In this document: positions 20,636 through 31,068 of the stretch, piece by piece
Numbering within the stretch: position 1 is the stretch's first letter
Layout: every line of letters starts with the position of its first letter
NCBI GenBank assembly: GCA_963847625.1
Contig: CAWKAR010000057.1
Span: 32,001-96,000, forward strand
DNA length: 64,000 nt
Origin: a candidate division FCPU426 bacterium
GTDB lineage: Bacteria > Oederibacteriota > Muellerivitia > Muellerivitales > Muellerivitaceae
Direction: 5' to 3'
Program-made: the position numbers and the translations under genes
The notes under the pieces: generated by a model
Seen by the model: only the letters and a program-made list of their open reading frames with translations
Databases searched by the model: none
Told to the model about the DNA's origin: nothing

Positions 20636-21487
20636 ATGTTTGAGCATCACTTGAAAAGAAAAATAATCGACAAGGCCATGGTGTTCCTCTGTGGTTTCGC
20701 GGCATTCATCGCCATGATTCCGCTGTTGAGCCTGTTAGCTTACGTCCTGATCCAGGGCTTCAAGCGGTTGAATTGGACCTTTCTCACGAGCCTTCCCACC
20801 CCGGTGGGCGTGACGGGCGGGGGAATGGCCAATTCCATCCTGGGCACCTTGACGCTGGTCTTGATCGCCTCCTGTGTGGGCCTGCCCATCGGCATTTTAG
20901 CGGGAGTCTACCTCTCGGAATTCGGCAAGAAGAACAAGTTCGCCTGGATGGTCCGCTTCACGGCGGACGTGCTCTCCGGGGTCCCCTCCATCGTGACGGG
21001 CATCGTGGCCTATGCCCTGATCGTCAGGCCCATGCACAACTTCTCCGCGCTGGCGGGAGGGGTGGCCCTGGGGTTCATGATGATCCCCATCGTCACGCGC
21101 ACGACCGAGGAACTGGTCAAGATGGTGCCCCATTCCATCCGGGAGGCCTCCTGGGCGCTGGGCGTGCCCCAATCCACGACCATCCTGAAAGTGGTGATCC
21201 GAACCGCCAAGAACGGCATCCTGACCGGGGTCCTTCTTTCCATCGCCCGCATCGCGGGGGAGACCGCGCCGCTCCTCTTCACGGCCTTCAACAACCAGTT
21301 CTGGCCCAGGGGAATCAACGAACCCACGGCTTCCCTGACGGTGCAGGTTTTTACCTACGCCATCTCGCCCTTCAAGGATTGGCAGGACCAGGCTTGGACC
21401 GGGGCCCTGGTTCTTTTGTGCCTGGTGCTGGCCATCAACGGGGCCGCGAAGATGTTTTTCAAGAACCCCAGGGAACTTTTGCGGTGA
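20636..21487 (+). CDS. pstA: Phosphate ABC transporter permease PstA
   Basis: GGMANSILGT, GVPSIV.G, REAS.ALG, ARIAGETAPLLFT. Confidence 0.95.
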   Translation: MFEHHLKRKIIDKAMVFLCGFAAFIAMIPLLSLLAYVLIQGFKRLNWTFLTSLPTPVGVTGGGMANSILGTLTLVLIASCVGLPIGILAGVYLSEFGKKNKFAWMVRFTADVLSGVPSIVTGIVAYALIVRPMHNFSALAGGVALGFMMIPIVTRTTEELVKMVPHSIREASWALGVPQSTTILKVVIRTAKNGILTGVLLSIARIAGETAPLLFTAFNNQFWPRGINEPTASLTVQVFTYAISPFKDWQDQAWTGALVLLCLVLAINGAAKMFFKNPRELLR

Positions 21488-21585
21488 CCGGTATGGCGGG
21501 CGGTACTGGAAAACCGCTGAATTTATGAAAGCGAATGATCAATAAAAGCGCTGGGTTGAAATCCGGTTTTAAGTGGGGAGAGAAT

Positions 21586-22462
21586 ATGCTCGAGGAAATG
21601 ACCAAAAAAGGGGAAGAAAAGAGGACCCAAGTGGAACCCGAAACCGAGAAAAAAGAAGCCCGCAAGATCGAGGTGCCGCACCAGGCCCCTTCCACCTTGG
21701 AATTGAAGGTCAAAATGACCGCGAACGAAGCCAGCGCCTGGTTCGGCGACAAACAGGCCCTTTATTCCGTGGAAATGGATATCCGCGAGAAGGAAGTCAC
21801 CGCCATCATCGGGCCCTCGGGATGCGGCAAGTCCACCTTGATCCGCTGTTTCAACCGCATGCACGAAACCGTCGCGGACTCCCGTTTTTCCGGTGACGTC
21901 ACCCTGGACGGCAGGAGCATTTATGGCAAGTCCATGGACCCGGTGGATGGTCCGCCGCCGCGTGGGGATGGTGTTCCAGAAACCCACGCCCTTTCCCACC
22001 CTTTCCATCTACGACAACGTGGCGGCGGGCCTGCGCTTGAACGGGGTGAGCGACAAGAAGCGCCTGGACGAGGCCATGGAAAAGAGCCTCCGCAAGGCCG
22101 CGCTTTGGGAGGAAGTCAAGGATTCCCTCCAAAAGCCGGGGGCGGCGCTTTCCGGCGGCCAACAGCAAAGGCTTTGCATCGCCCGCGCGCTCGCGGTGGA
22201 TTTGGAGGTTCTTCTCATGGACGAGCCCTGCTCGGCCCTGGACCCCATTTCCACGTCGAAAGTGGAGGAACTCATCCACGAATTGAGGCAGAATTACACC
22301 ATCATCATCGTCACCCACAACATGCAGCAGGCCGCGCGGGTTTCCCAGAAGACCGCCTTCATGCTCAACGGGAAGCTTATCGAGTACGACTCCACCGAGA
22401 AGGTGTTCACCAACCCGGCCAACAAGCTGACGGAAGACTACATCACGGGGCGTTTCGGCTGA
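21586..22462 (+). CDS. pstB: Phosphate ABC transporter ATPase; +1 frameshift at ~21945
   Basis: GPSGCGKST in ORF 21535; [42 protein letters not shown] in ORF 21893; removing one G joins them. Confidence 0.92.
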
Positions 22463-22505
22463 ACCGCGGAACCGCGCGGAAAACACGGAAACTGAGGAGC
22501 GGGTA

Positions 22506-23162
22506 ATGGAAATTTTATTCGACGAGGAACTGGCCGTCCTGAAGGAAAAGCTTCTTCTGATGGGAAGCAAGGTGGAGGAATCCATCCGGCTGGCCATGAA
22601 ATCCATCGTGGACCGGGACTCCAAGCTGGCGCGGAGGGTCATGCAAAGCGACCGGGACATCAACGACCTGGAAATCGAGGTGGACGAGATCTGCCACCGG
22701 CTCCTGGCCCTTCACCAGCCCATGGCCGGCGACATGCGCTTCATCACCAGCTCCATGAAGATCAACTCGGACCTGGAACGCATGGGCGACCTGGCCGTCA
22801 ACATCTGCGAGCGGGCCCTGACCCTGAACGAGGTGGCCCCCCTGAAACCCCTTATCGACATCCCGCACCTGGCCATCATCGCACAGGAAATGGTCAAGGT
22901 GTCCCTGGATTCCCTGGTGAACCGCGATGCCGCTATGGCCAGGAAGGTCTGCGAGCGCGACGACGAGGTGGACAACCTAAACGACCAGCTTATCCGGGAG
23001 CTCATTACCTTCATGCTGGAGGACCGGGCCAACATCAAAAGAGGCCTGGACCTTATTTTGGTATCCCGCTACCTGGAGCGCATCGCCGACCACTCCACCA
23101 ACGTGGCCGAGGACGTGATCTACATGGTGATGGGCAAGGATATCCGCCATCACCGGGGATGA
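22506..23162 (+). CDS. phoU: Phosphate signalling protein PhoU
   Basis: QPMAGDMR, DLERMGD, DDEVD, LERIADHSTNVAE. Confidence 0.95.
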   Translation: MEILFDEELAVLKEKLLLMGSKVEESIRLAMKSIVDRDSKLARRVMQSDRDINDLEIEVDEICHRLLALHQPMAGDMRFITSSMKINSDLERMGDLAVNICERALTLNEVAPLKPLIDIPHLAIIAQEMVKVSLDSLVNRDAAMARKVCERDDEVDNLNDQLIRELITFMLEDRANIKRGLDLILVSRYLERIADHSTNVAEDVIYMVMGKDIRHHRG

Positions 23163-23200
23163 ATCAACCAGGAACTTACGGGAAGATGGTTTTAAAAATT

Positions 23201-23346
23201 AGTAGTATCTCAGTTTGGGTGTCATTGCGAGAAATGCCCGCCGAATAGGCGGGCGTTTATGACAGGCTTGAAGTAGTTGGCCTGAAATTTAGGCCAACCA
23301 TACTTGGCCCAAAGGGCCAACGTACAACCTAAGTTTAAATAATGCC
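23201..23346 (-). repeat. Dispersed multi-hairpin element family B, copy 1
   Basis: Reverse complement matches 56997-57125 and 27499-27636. Confidence 0.85.
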
Positions 23347-23353
23347 TGAGAAT

Positions 23354-24673
23354 TTACTCCAAGGCCATTGGCAGCATCACCGTAAAGGTGCTTCCCTTCC
23401 CCGCTTCGCTTTTCAGGACCACTTCGCCGTTCATCTTCTCCACCAGGTGCTTGACGATGGAAAGCCCCAGGCCCGTGCCCCCGGCCTCCCGGCTCCTGGA
23501 TACATCCACCCTGAAAAACCTCTCGAAAATCCGGGGTTGCGCCTCCGGGTGTATCCCCGGTCCGTGGTCCTCCACCGACAATTCCATCCGGCCGTCCGGC
23601 CGCTGGGCAGCGTAAAGCCGGATATCGGTTTTTCCGGGTGAATACTTCACCGCGTTGTCCAGAAGGTTCTCGAATACCTGGAATAACCCCTCCCGGTGCG
23701 CCTGGACCCGGACACCCAATGGTATCTCCTGGTGAATGACGATCTCCTTGGCCTCCCACTTGGCCTTCAAAAGCTCGACGGCTTGTTGGGCCACTTCGGC
23801 CGGCTCCACCGGCTCCATGGAGGTGATGTAAAGCCCGCTTTCGATCTTGGACAGTTCCAGGACGTCGGTGATGAGGGCGTTCAAGCGTTGGGCCTGGTCG
23901 GAGATCTTCTTCAGGAACTGGCTCCGGTTCTTCTTGTCCTCCATGGCGCCGGAAAGAAGCGTCTCCACGTAACCCAAAATGCCGGTCAAGGGCGTTCGCA
24001 ACTCATGGGACACGTTGGCCACGAACTCGGTTCTCATGCGCATCAGGCGTTTCAGGGAAGTGATGTCCGAGAACACCACGATCTGGCCCAATAGGGTTCC
24101 TTCCGCCACCTTTACCGCCGCCACGCTGACGGCGAAATGCTTCTCGTCCTTCCCGGAGAACTCAATCTCACCCGTGGCCCTGCCCTGGGTCTTGGACTGG
24201 GCCAGGAGGTCCGCCAGGACCGGGTGGCGAACCACCTCCAGGTAATGCTTGCCCAGGTGGTCCTTTTCCAGGGTTTCCAGGATTTTTTCCGCGGAAGGAT
24301 TCATGAGCACGATCCGGTCGGCCTGGTTCAAAAGGAGGACCCCCTCCCCCATGCTGTTCAGGATGACGTTCAGCATGGTCTCGTTGGAACCGAGCCTCTG
24401 GAGCATCTCCTCGAAATTTCGGCCGGGGATGAAAACATCCCTTTCACTCAATGAAGCGGGAACCGAGGATTCCACAGATGGCAGGGTATTTGTATTTTCC
24501 GCCTGGTCCGCGTTCGCGGGATGGAGGAAAAAAAGCATGACCAGGCTCACCCCCATTCCCAGGATGAGTAAAGAGGCCGAGTACCATTCCAGGAGCTTCA
24601 GGGACCCGAGGAATACGGCCAGGGCGATGGCCAGGAGAAAGGCCGTCCAGAAAAGGCGGTTGGAGGATTTCAT
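23354..24673 (-). CDS. phoR: Phosphate regulon sensor histidine kinase (PAS-HisKA-HATPase)
   Basis: Two TM helices, PAS, EFVANVSHELRTPLT, NLLDNAVKYS, FERFFRVD.SRSR..GGTGLGLSIVKH. Confidence 0.9.
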   Translation of the reverse strand: MKSSNRLFWTAFLLAIALAVFLGSLKLLEWYSASLLILGMGVSLVMLFFLHPANADQAENTNTLPSVESSVPASLSERDVFIPGRNFEEMLQRLGSNETMLNVILNSMGEGVLLLNQADRIVLMNPSAEKILETLEKDHLGKHYLEVVRHPVLADLLAQSKTQGRATGEIEFSGKDEKHFAVSVAAVKVAEGTLLGQIVVFSDITSLKRLMRMRTEFVANVSHELRTPLTGILGYVETLLSGAMEDKKNRSQFLKKISDQAQRLNALITDVLELSKIESGLYITSMEPVEPAEVAQQAVELLKAKWEAKEIVIHQEIPLGVRVQAHREGLFQVFENLLDNAVKYSPGKTDIRLYAAQRPDGRMELSVEDHGPGIHPEAQPRIFERFFRVDVSRSREAGGTGLGLSIVKHLVEKMNGEVVLKSEAGKGSTFTVMLPMALE

Positions 24674-24738
24674 GTGTGAGCCACGTTAGCAAACAATGGG
24701 GTCGGGATCAATTTGTAAGAAGCAGGATTCAGGATGGT

Positions 24739-25422
24739 TTAAACCTCTTCCTTGAACATATAGCCATAGCCCTTGACCGTCTGGATATTTTTTTCATAGG
24801 GGCCTAGTTTTTCCCTGAGCCGCCGCACATGGACGTCCACGGTCCGGGTGGTTCCAAAGTAATCGTAACCCCAAACGTTGTTTAAAAGGACGTCCCTGGA
24901 AAGGACCCGGCCGGAATGGGTGAGGAAATAATCCAGGAGTTCGAATTCCTTGGCGGTCAAATCCATCTTTTGGTTCTTCAGGGACACCTCATGCTTGACC
25001 CTGTTTAAGATCAAGTCCTTGAATTTCTGGACCGCTTCCCCCTCCTGGGCCTTGGAAAACCGCCTCAACACGGCCCGAATCCGCGCCAGCAATTCCTTGA
25101 CGGAGAAAGGTTTGGTGACATAGTCGTCCGCGCCCAACTCCAACCCCACGATCTTGTCCGATTCCTCTCCTTTGGCTGTCAGCATGACTACGGGGATATG
25201 GGAAGTCTTGGAATTGGCCTTCAAAGCCTTGCAGACCGTCAAACCGTCCGTCTTGGGAAGCATCAGGTCCAGCAGGACCAAATCCGGCATTTTCTCCGGG
25301 ATTTTTTTCAAGGCGGCCTCGCCGTCCATTTCCGAGAGAACGCGGTAGCCGTCCTTTTCCAGGTTGTAAGTTAGAAGCTCAACCAGGTCCTTCTCGTCTT
25401 CCACGACGAATATTTGTTTCAT
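24739..25422 (-). CDS. phoB: Phosphate regulon response regulator (OmpR/PhoB family)
   Basis: LLDLMLP, GLELGADDYVTKPFS, TRTVDVHVRRLREKL; next to phoR and pst. Confidence 0.88.
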   Translation of the reverse strand: MKQIFVVEDEKDLVELLTYNLEKDGYRVLSEMDGEAALKKIPEKMPDLVLLDLMLPKTDGLTVCKALKANSKTSHIPVVMLTAKGEESDKIVGLELGADDYVTKPFSVKELLARIRAVLRRFSKAQEGEAVQKFKDLILNRVKHEVSLKNQKMDLTAKEFELLDYFLTHSGRVLSRDVLLNNVWGYDYFGTTRTVDVHVRRLREKLGPYEKNIQTVKGYGYMFKEEV

Positions 25423-25686
25423 TGGCGCCTTTCCCCGGAAAGAGGGTGATAGGGAACGGGAGCATTCCGGGTTTCAAGCATGGATTATAAACAGGGGGTT
25501 AAAAGTTGATTGTTAATTACTTGTAAAACCCCACAGATGTGCTTATTTCAAGTTAATTTGGGTATTCATGGGCTTACTTTCAAGTCCAAGTCACACGGAT
25601 TTTAACCTCTTATTTACCTTCCGTTCAAACAAACCGTCATTCCATTTCCTATCCTTTCGACATTAAAACGAATAAGGAGCCATTCC

Positions 25687-26079
25687 ATGAAAAAAATCAT
25701 GTTGATCGATTCCGATATCCTACATCTTCGGGAGATGAACAATGTTTTATCCGGGGATTTTAATGTCCTGATTTGCAGTCGCGGACATAAAGCCTGGGAC
25801 TTGTACAATTTATTCAACCCCGACGCCCTCGTCCTAGACCCCACCGCGGCCGGATTGGATACATCTGATTTCTTCCCCCGAATCCGGAAGAAATCCTGGC
25901 CTAATTCCATACCCATTATCGCCACGACGCGGTTGAACACCCTTCAGCACATCGAGAGGAGCTTTGATTGGGGCGCGGATATCGTCTTTTCCAAGCCCTG
26001 CGAAGGGGAAAGAATCCGGAATAAACTCTTGGAATTACTTTCCAGAGGGGAATCCCCCAGAGAATTGGCCCTGGCTTAA
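25687..26079 (+). CDS. Single-domain response regulator receiver
   Basis: KIMLIDSD, PDALVLD, GAD..FSKP; AAGGAG RBS. Confidence 0.8.
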   Translation: MKKIMLIDSDILHLREMNNVLSGDFNVLICSRGHKAWDLYNLFNPDALVLDPTAAGLDTSDFFPRIRKKSWPNSIPIIATTRLNTLQHIERSFDWGADIVFSKPCEGERIRNKLLELLSRGESPRELALA

Positions 26080-26154
26080 ACCAGCCAGCTGACTGAAAAC
26101 GTTAAAACCGTTTTAATCCCCATTCTTTTCACGGGCGATAAACCGTTTCCAGTT

Positions 26155-26192
26155 TTAACCTAGATTTAACCTGTCTCGGATGGATATCTAAC
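26155..26192 (+). promoter_or_regulatory. Putative Pho box upstream of PHP gene
   Basis: TTAAC 26155, TTAAC 26166, CTAAC 26188 (11/22-bp phasing). Confidence 0.5.
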
Positions 26193-26216
26193 GGGTGTTT
26201 TCTAATCTTTGATTAT

Positions 26217-26927
26217 ATGGCTAGAGCCGATTTACACCTACACACTGACTTCTCCGACGGGCTCCACACCCCGCGCCAGGTCGTCCAATCCGCCTCTAGG
26301 GCCGGCCTTCAAATCATCGCTGTGACCGACCATGACACCCTAGAAGGCGCCTTTCGGGCTCAGGAATATTCCCACCGGCGTCCGGACCTGGGTGTGAAAG
26401 TGGTATTAGGCGAGGAAATCAGCACCTTGAACGGTCATGTGATCGGCGTCTTCCTGGAAAAGTTCATTCCGGCGCGGCTGTCGGCCAAACGCACGGTGGA
26501 ACTCATCCACCAGCAGGGCGGGATCGCCATCCTGGCCCATCCCTACCATATTTATACCGGCAGGTCCGGAGCCGAACCCCGGGCCGTCGAATTAATCGAT
26601 GAGATACCCTTTGACGGAATCGAGACGGTCAACCATGGGGACGCGCTTTCCTTCTGGTCCAACCGGAAGGCGCTCAAATCCCTGGCCCACCGTCCCATTG
26701 CCCAAATCGGGTGTAGCGATGCCCATAACGCTAGATTCATTGGGATGGGATACACCGAGTTCGCGGGAAATAGTCCCGAGGATCTTAAACGCGCCATACT
26801 GAAACGCGAAACCCGGGCCTGCTACCATCGGGCCTGGAGAGTGAAGGATATCCTCATCCACTTAAAAGACACCGCCCCCGTCCTGAGGCGCTATTCCAAG
26901 ATAATGGGCGAAGCCGCCCAAGTTTGA
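26217..26927 (+). CDS. PHP-domain metal-dependent phosphoesterase
   Basis: DLHLHT..SDG, AVTDHD, GEEIST..GH, AHP, SDAH. Confidence 0.9.
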   Translation: MARADLHLHTDFSDGLHTPRQVVQSASRAGLQIIAVTDHDTLEGAFRAQEYSHRRPDLGVKVVLGEEISTLNGHVIGVFLEKFIPARLSAKRTVELIHQQGGIAILAHPYHIYTGRSGAEPRAVELIDEIPFDGIETVNHGDALSFWSNRKALKSLAHRPIAQIGCSDAHNARFIGMGYTEFAGNSPEDLKRAILKRETRACYHRAWRVKDILIHLKDTAPVLRRYSKIMGEAAQV

Positions 26928-27003
26928 TAGGTTAACGGGTTCCGTTTAATGGGTTAACCGGCGTATGCCACCAAGAAAACCCAGCACAGATTTCTTATAA
27001 ATC

Positions 27004-27321
27004 TGCGCCGATCTACCTTAAAGAGATATTGAGATCGGTGCTATACCAGCCACTTTAAATTTTTTATGGAGGGCTGGCATGCGCTGGCAAGCATCGCCTT
27101 CGGCTTGTGCCGATTCATCTAAGCGTTATGCCCGGGGTAATTGTAGGAAATCGGTACTATACCGACCTCCTAACAGTTTTACGGTTGGTCGATATGTAGC
27201 CTCGGGCGGCCAGCCCATGCCGACGGAAAACCGCTATTCACCACATGCCAGCCTTCAATTAAGCATTAAATGGGGCTGGTATTGTATCGATCTCAATATT
27301 TCTTTATGGAAGATTGGCACA
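27004..27321. repeat. Three copies of two-hairpin element family C (27004-27082 +, 27106-27197 +, 27243-27321 -)
   Basis: TGYGCCRAT...ATCGRTRC-NATACC-stem...stem-YATGY; also at 57251 and 57485. Confidence 0.85.
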
Positions 27322-27498
27322 GGGACTCAGAGACCCAAATAAAAGAATAACCCTGCAGCTTAGATTGAGGCCGGTAAGTTATATGGAAATGATTAAAATA
27401 TAGGGGTTTCAGGCCCCCTTTAATTGCCGGGTCCCTTCCTATGGCGTAAAATCACCTAATGAAAATCATTAGATTTATAAATCCCAAAAAGAAGACTC

Positions 27499-27636
27499 AA
27501 CTGGGGTTGTACGTTGGCCCTTGGGGCCAAGCACCCTTGTCCTGAATTTCAGGACAAGGGCTTCAAACCTGTCGCAATCCACTGGCTGGGCCTGCAAGTG
27601 GCCCAGCCCCGATTGGGGCAGCTTCTCGCAATGACA
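27499..27636 (+). repeat. Dispersed multi-hairpin element family B, copy 2
   Basis: TTGTACGTTGGCCCTTGGGGCCAAG...CCTGAATTTCAGG...CTTCAA...TCGCAATGACA. Confidence 0.8.
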
Positions 27637-27665
27637 GATATTTATAAAAATTAAAAAAGGTTTCC

Positions 27666-30353
27666 ATGATCAATAAACGACCCGATCCCGACGCGCTTTT
27701 AAGCAAGCTCCAAGCCGAGGAAAAGGCCCAGAAGCGCGGCAAGTTGAAGATTTTTTTCGGCGCCTCGCCCGGCGTGGGCAAAACCTACGCCATGCTGGAA
27801 GCCGCCCGCGCCAAGAAAGCCGAGGGCCTGGATGTGGTGGTGGGCCCCCTGGAGACCCACGGCCGCGTTGAGACCGCCAGGCTCCTCGAGGGTTTGGAAA
27901 TTTTGCCGCCGCAGGAATTGGAGTACCGCGGGACGAAGATGAGGGAGTTCGACATCGATGCGGCGTTGAAACGGAAGCCCGGACTCCTCTTGGTGGACGA
28001 GCTGGCCCACACCAACGCCCCGGGGTCCCGCCACCTGAAGCGCTGGCAGGACGTCGAGGAGCTCCTGGACCTGGGTGTGAGCGTCTTCAGCACCCTGAAC
28101 GTCCAGCACCTGGAAAGCCTCAACGACATCGTGGCCCGGATCACGGGCGTGGTGGTGCGGGAAACCCTCCCCGACAAGGTCTTGGAGGAGGCGGACGAGG
28201 TGGAGTTGGTGGACCTGCCCCCCGATGATCTCCTGAAGCGCCTGCGGGAAGGCAAGGTTTACATGCCCGAAGCGGCCCAGCGTGCCGTCGAGAATTTCTT
28301 CAAGAAGGGCAACCTGACGGCGTTGCGGGAGATGGCCCTGCGCACCACGGCCGACCGGGTGAACGACCAGGTCCAGGATTACCGCAAAACCATGGCCATC
28401 ACCCAGTCCTGGGCCACGGTCGACCGGATTCTTGTCTGCGTCTCCCCCAGCCCCTCCTCCGCCGACCTGGTGAGGACCGCACACCGAATGGCCAAATCCC
28501 TGAGGGCCGGCTGGATCGCCCTTTACGTGGAATCCCCCGTCCCTCCCGGCCCGGAGGAAAGGGAGCGGGCCGTCCGGCACCTCCGGCTGGCCGAGCAGTT
28601 GGGCGCGGAAACCGCCACCCTCACCGGCGAGCATTTCGCGGAGGAGGTCATGGATTACGCCCGGGAGCGGAACGTCACCAAGATCTTCATCGGCAAGCCC
28701 TCGAAATACTCCTGGCGGGCCCTTCTGCGCCCCTCCCTGGTGGACCAGCTCCTGAGATCCAGCGGGGACATCGACGTTTATGTCACCAAGGGCGAAACGC
28801 AGGACTTCCGGGAAAAGAACTTCCCGTCCGGGCCCGGGGTGGCCAAGCACAGGCTCAACTGGATGGGATACGCCTATTCCCTGCTGTGCGTCGCGGTCAG
28901 CACGGCCTTGGCTAACTGGATGTTCCCCCACGTGGCCCTGGCCAATCTCATCATGGTTTACCTGTTGGGAATCCTGGCGGTCTCCTCGCGCCAGGGGATC
29001 GGCCCTTCCACTTTGGCGACGTTCCTGAGCGTCATCGCCTTCGATTATTTTTTCGTGACCCCCCGTTTCTCGTTCGCCGTCTCCGACACCCAGTATCTTT
29101 TCATGTTTTCGGTCATGCTCCTGGTGGGCCTTTCCATCAGCAATCTGACCGTCCGGCTGCGGGCGCAGGCCCGGCTTTCACGCCTGAGGGAGCGCCGGAC
29201 CGCCGCCCTCTATTCCCTGAGCAGGGAGCTGGCGAGCACTTGGGGCACGGCGGAGCTTTTGGAAATCGCCGTGCGGCACATCTCCGAAGTTTTCGAAAGC
29301 TCCGTCATCGCCTTCCTCCCGGACAAGGACGGGCGCCTGCAAGTCCAGTGCGGGGCGGTAGCGGAATTCAACCTCACCGCCAAGGAACTGGGGGTGGCCC
29401 ATTGGGTCTTCGACCTGGGCCAGGTGGCCGGCCGCGGCACCGACACCCTTCCCGCCACCGAGGCGCTGTACCTGCCCTTGCTGGCCTCGGGGGAACCCGT
29501 GGGATCCCTCGGCGTGAAGCCGCGGAACCCGGAAAAGCTTTTCATCCCGGAACAGCTGCACCTGCTGGAGGCCTTCGCCCACCAGACCGCCCTGGCGGTG
29601 GCGGCCGACAAGCTCCTCCAGAAGCAGCAGCAGACCCAGATGCAGGTGGAAACCGAGAAGCTGAGGAGCTCCCTTTTAAGCTCGGTGTCCCACGACCTGC
29701 GGACCCCCTTGACCGCCATCACGGGCTCCGCCAGCAGCCTCCTGCAGGACGGGGAGTCCCTTCCTCCCTCGGCGAAACGCGACCTCTTGGAGAACATCCA
29801 CGACGAGGCCGAACGGCTCGAAAGGCTGGTGGGAAACCTCCTGGAAATGACAAAAATCGAATCCGGCGCCATCCGGCCCAACAAGGAACTCAACCATATC
29901 GAGGAGGTCGTCGGGAACGCTATCGCCCGCCTGGACAGGAAAACCCAGGGAAGGGTCATTAAAACCCGCATCCCGCCCGATCTTCCGCTGGTCCCCATGG
30001 ACAGCCTCTTGATTGAGCAGGTGCTGGTCAACCTGTTGGACAACGCCTTGAAATACACGCCGGGGAACGAACCTATCGGCATCTCGGCCGAATTGGAAAA
30101 GGGCCGGTTGAAGGTGGAGGTGGCCGACCAGGGGCCTGGATTGCCGGAGGGGGACCTGGGACGGATTTTCGAGAAGTTTTACCGGGGCCCCCAGAACGGG
30201 AAAACCACCGGAGCGGGCCTAGGGCTTTCCATCTGCAAGGGTTTCGTTGAAATCCACGGGGGAATCATCACGGCAGAAAACCGCCCCGGCGGCGGCTCCC
30301 TTTTCCGGTTTACCCTTCCAATTCCGCCATCAGCCTTGAAGGGACGGGAATAA
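27666..30353 (+). CDS. kdpD: K+-responsive sensor histidine kinase KdpD
   Basis: RGKLKIFFGA.PGVGKTYAML, VDELAHTN, Usp domain, four TMs, GAF, SSVSHDLRTPL. Confidence 0.96.
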   Translation: MINKRPDPDALLSKLQAEEKAQKRGKLKIFFGASPGVGKTYAMLEAARAKKAEGLDVVVGPLETHGRVETARLLEGLEILPPQELEYRGTKMREFDIDAALKRKPGLLLVDELAHTNAPGSRHLKRWQDVEELLDLGVSVFSTLNVQHLESLNDIVARITGVVVRETLPDKVLEEADEVELVDLPPDDLLKRLREGKVYMPEAAQRAVENFFKKGNLTALREMALRTTADRVNDQVQDYRKTMAITQSWATVDRILVCVSPSPSSADLVRTAHRMAKSLRAGWIALYVESPVPPGPEERERAVRHLRLAEQLGAETATLTGEHFAEEVMDYARERNVTKIFIGKPSKYSWRALLRPSLVDQLLRSSGDIDVYVTKGETQDFREKNFPSGPGVAKHRLNWMGYAYSLLCVAVSTALANWMFPHVALANLIMVYLLGILAVSSRQGIGPSTLATFLSVIAFDYFFVTPRFSFAVSDTQYLFMFSVMLLVGLSISNLTVRLRAQARLSRLRERRTAALYSLSRELASTWGTAELLEIAVRHISEVFESSVIAFLPDKDGRLQVQCGAVAEFNLTAKELGVAHWVFDLGQVAGRGTDTLPATEALYLPLLASGEPVGSLGVKPRNPEKLFIPEQLHLLEAFAHQTALAVAADKLLQKQQQTQMQVETEKLRSSLLSSVSHDLRTPLTAITGSASSLLQDGESLPPSAKRDLLENIHDEAERLERLVGNLLEMTKIESGAIRPNKELNHIEEVVGNAIARLDRKTQGRVIKTRIPPDLPLVPMDSLLIEQVLVNLLDNALKYTPGNEPIGISAELEKGRLKVEVADQGPGLPEGDLGRIFEKFYRGPQNGKTTGAGLGLSICKGFVEIHGGIITAENRPGGGSLFRFTLPIPPSALKGRE

Positions 30354-30357
30354 TCCT

Positions 30358-31053
30358 ATGGATAACGGCGTTATTTTAATTATCGAGGATGAGCTCCCCA
30401 TCCGGCGGTTCCTCAAGCCCTCCCTGCAAAGCCACGGCTTCAAGGTGGTGGAAACCGGCACCGGGGAGGAAGGACTGGCCCTGGCGTCTTCCCACAACCC
30501 GGACATCGTGCTGTTGGACCTGGGGCTTCCCGACATGGACGGGCTGGAGGTGGTCAGGCGGCTCCGGGAATGGTCCGCCGTTCCCATCGTCATCATCACG
30601 GCCCGGGGGAAGGAAAAGGACAAGATCGCGGGCCTGGACGCGGGCGCTGATGATTACCTGACCAAACCCTTCGACGTGGGGGAGTTGTTGGCGCGCATCC
30701 GGGTGGCCCTGCGCCATTCCCTGCTCCTGAAGAGCGGGGGGAAACAGGACCCGGTCTTCGAGACCCCCGACTTCAAGGTGGATCTTGCCTCCCGGGTAGT
30801 GACGGTGCGGGGGAAAGAGACCCACCTGACCCCAAACGAGTACGACCTTTTTGCTTACCTCATCCGAAACGCGGGCAAAGTGGTGACCCAGAAACAGATC
30901 CTCAAGGAAGTGTGGGGACCCGCCAGCGGGGACCAGGTCCAGTACCTGCGCATCTACGTGTACCAGTTGAGGCACAAGATCGAGGCCGATCCCGACAGGC
31001 CCCGTTATATCGTGACCGAGTCGGGGGTGGGTTACCGGTTAAAAACGGATTGA
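30358..31053 (+). CDS. kdpE: Response regulator KdpE
   Basis: LDLGLPDMDG, LREWS.VP, YLRIYVYQLRHKIE.DP.RPRYI.TE.GVGYR. Confidence 0.93.
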   Translation: MDNGVILIIEDELPIRRFLKPSLQSHGFKVVETGTGEEGLALASSHNPDIVLLDLGLPDMDGLEVVRRLREWSAVPIVIITARGKEKDKIAGLDAGADDYLTKPFDVGELLARIRVALRHSLLLKSGGKQDPVFETPDFKVDLASRVVTVRGKETHLTPNEYDLFAYLIRNAGKVVTQKQILKEVWGPASGDQVQYLRIYVYQLRHKIEADPDRPRYIVTESGVGYRLKTD

Positions 31054-31068
31054 TTCGGGCAGTCCCGC

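Noticed and set aside
27079..27342. Short ORFs over family C repeats (also 57315-57686, 57390-57590)
   Set aside because: Overlap palindromic elements; no recognisable domain
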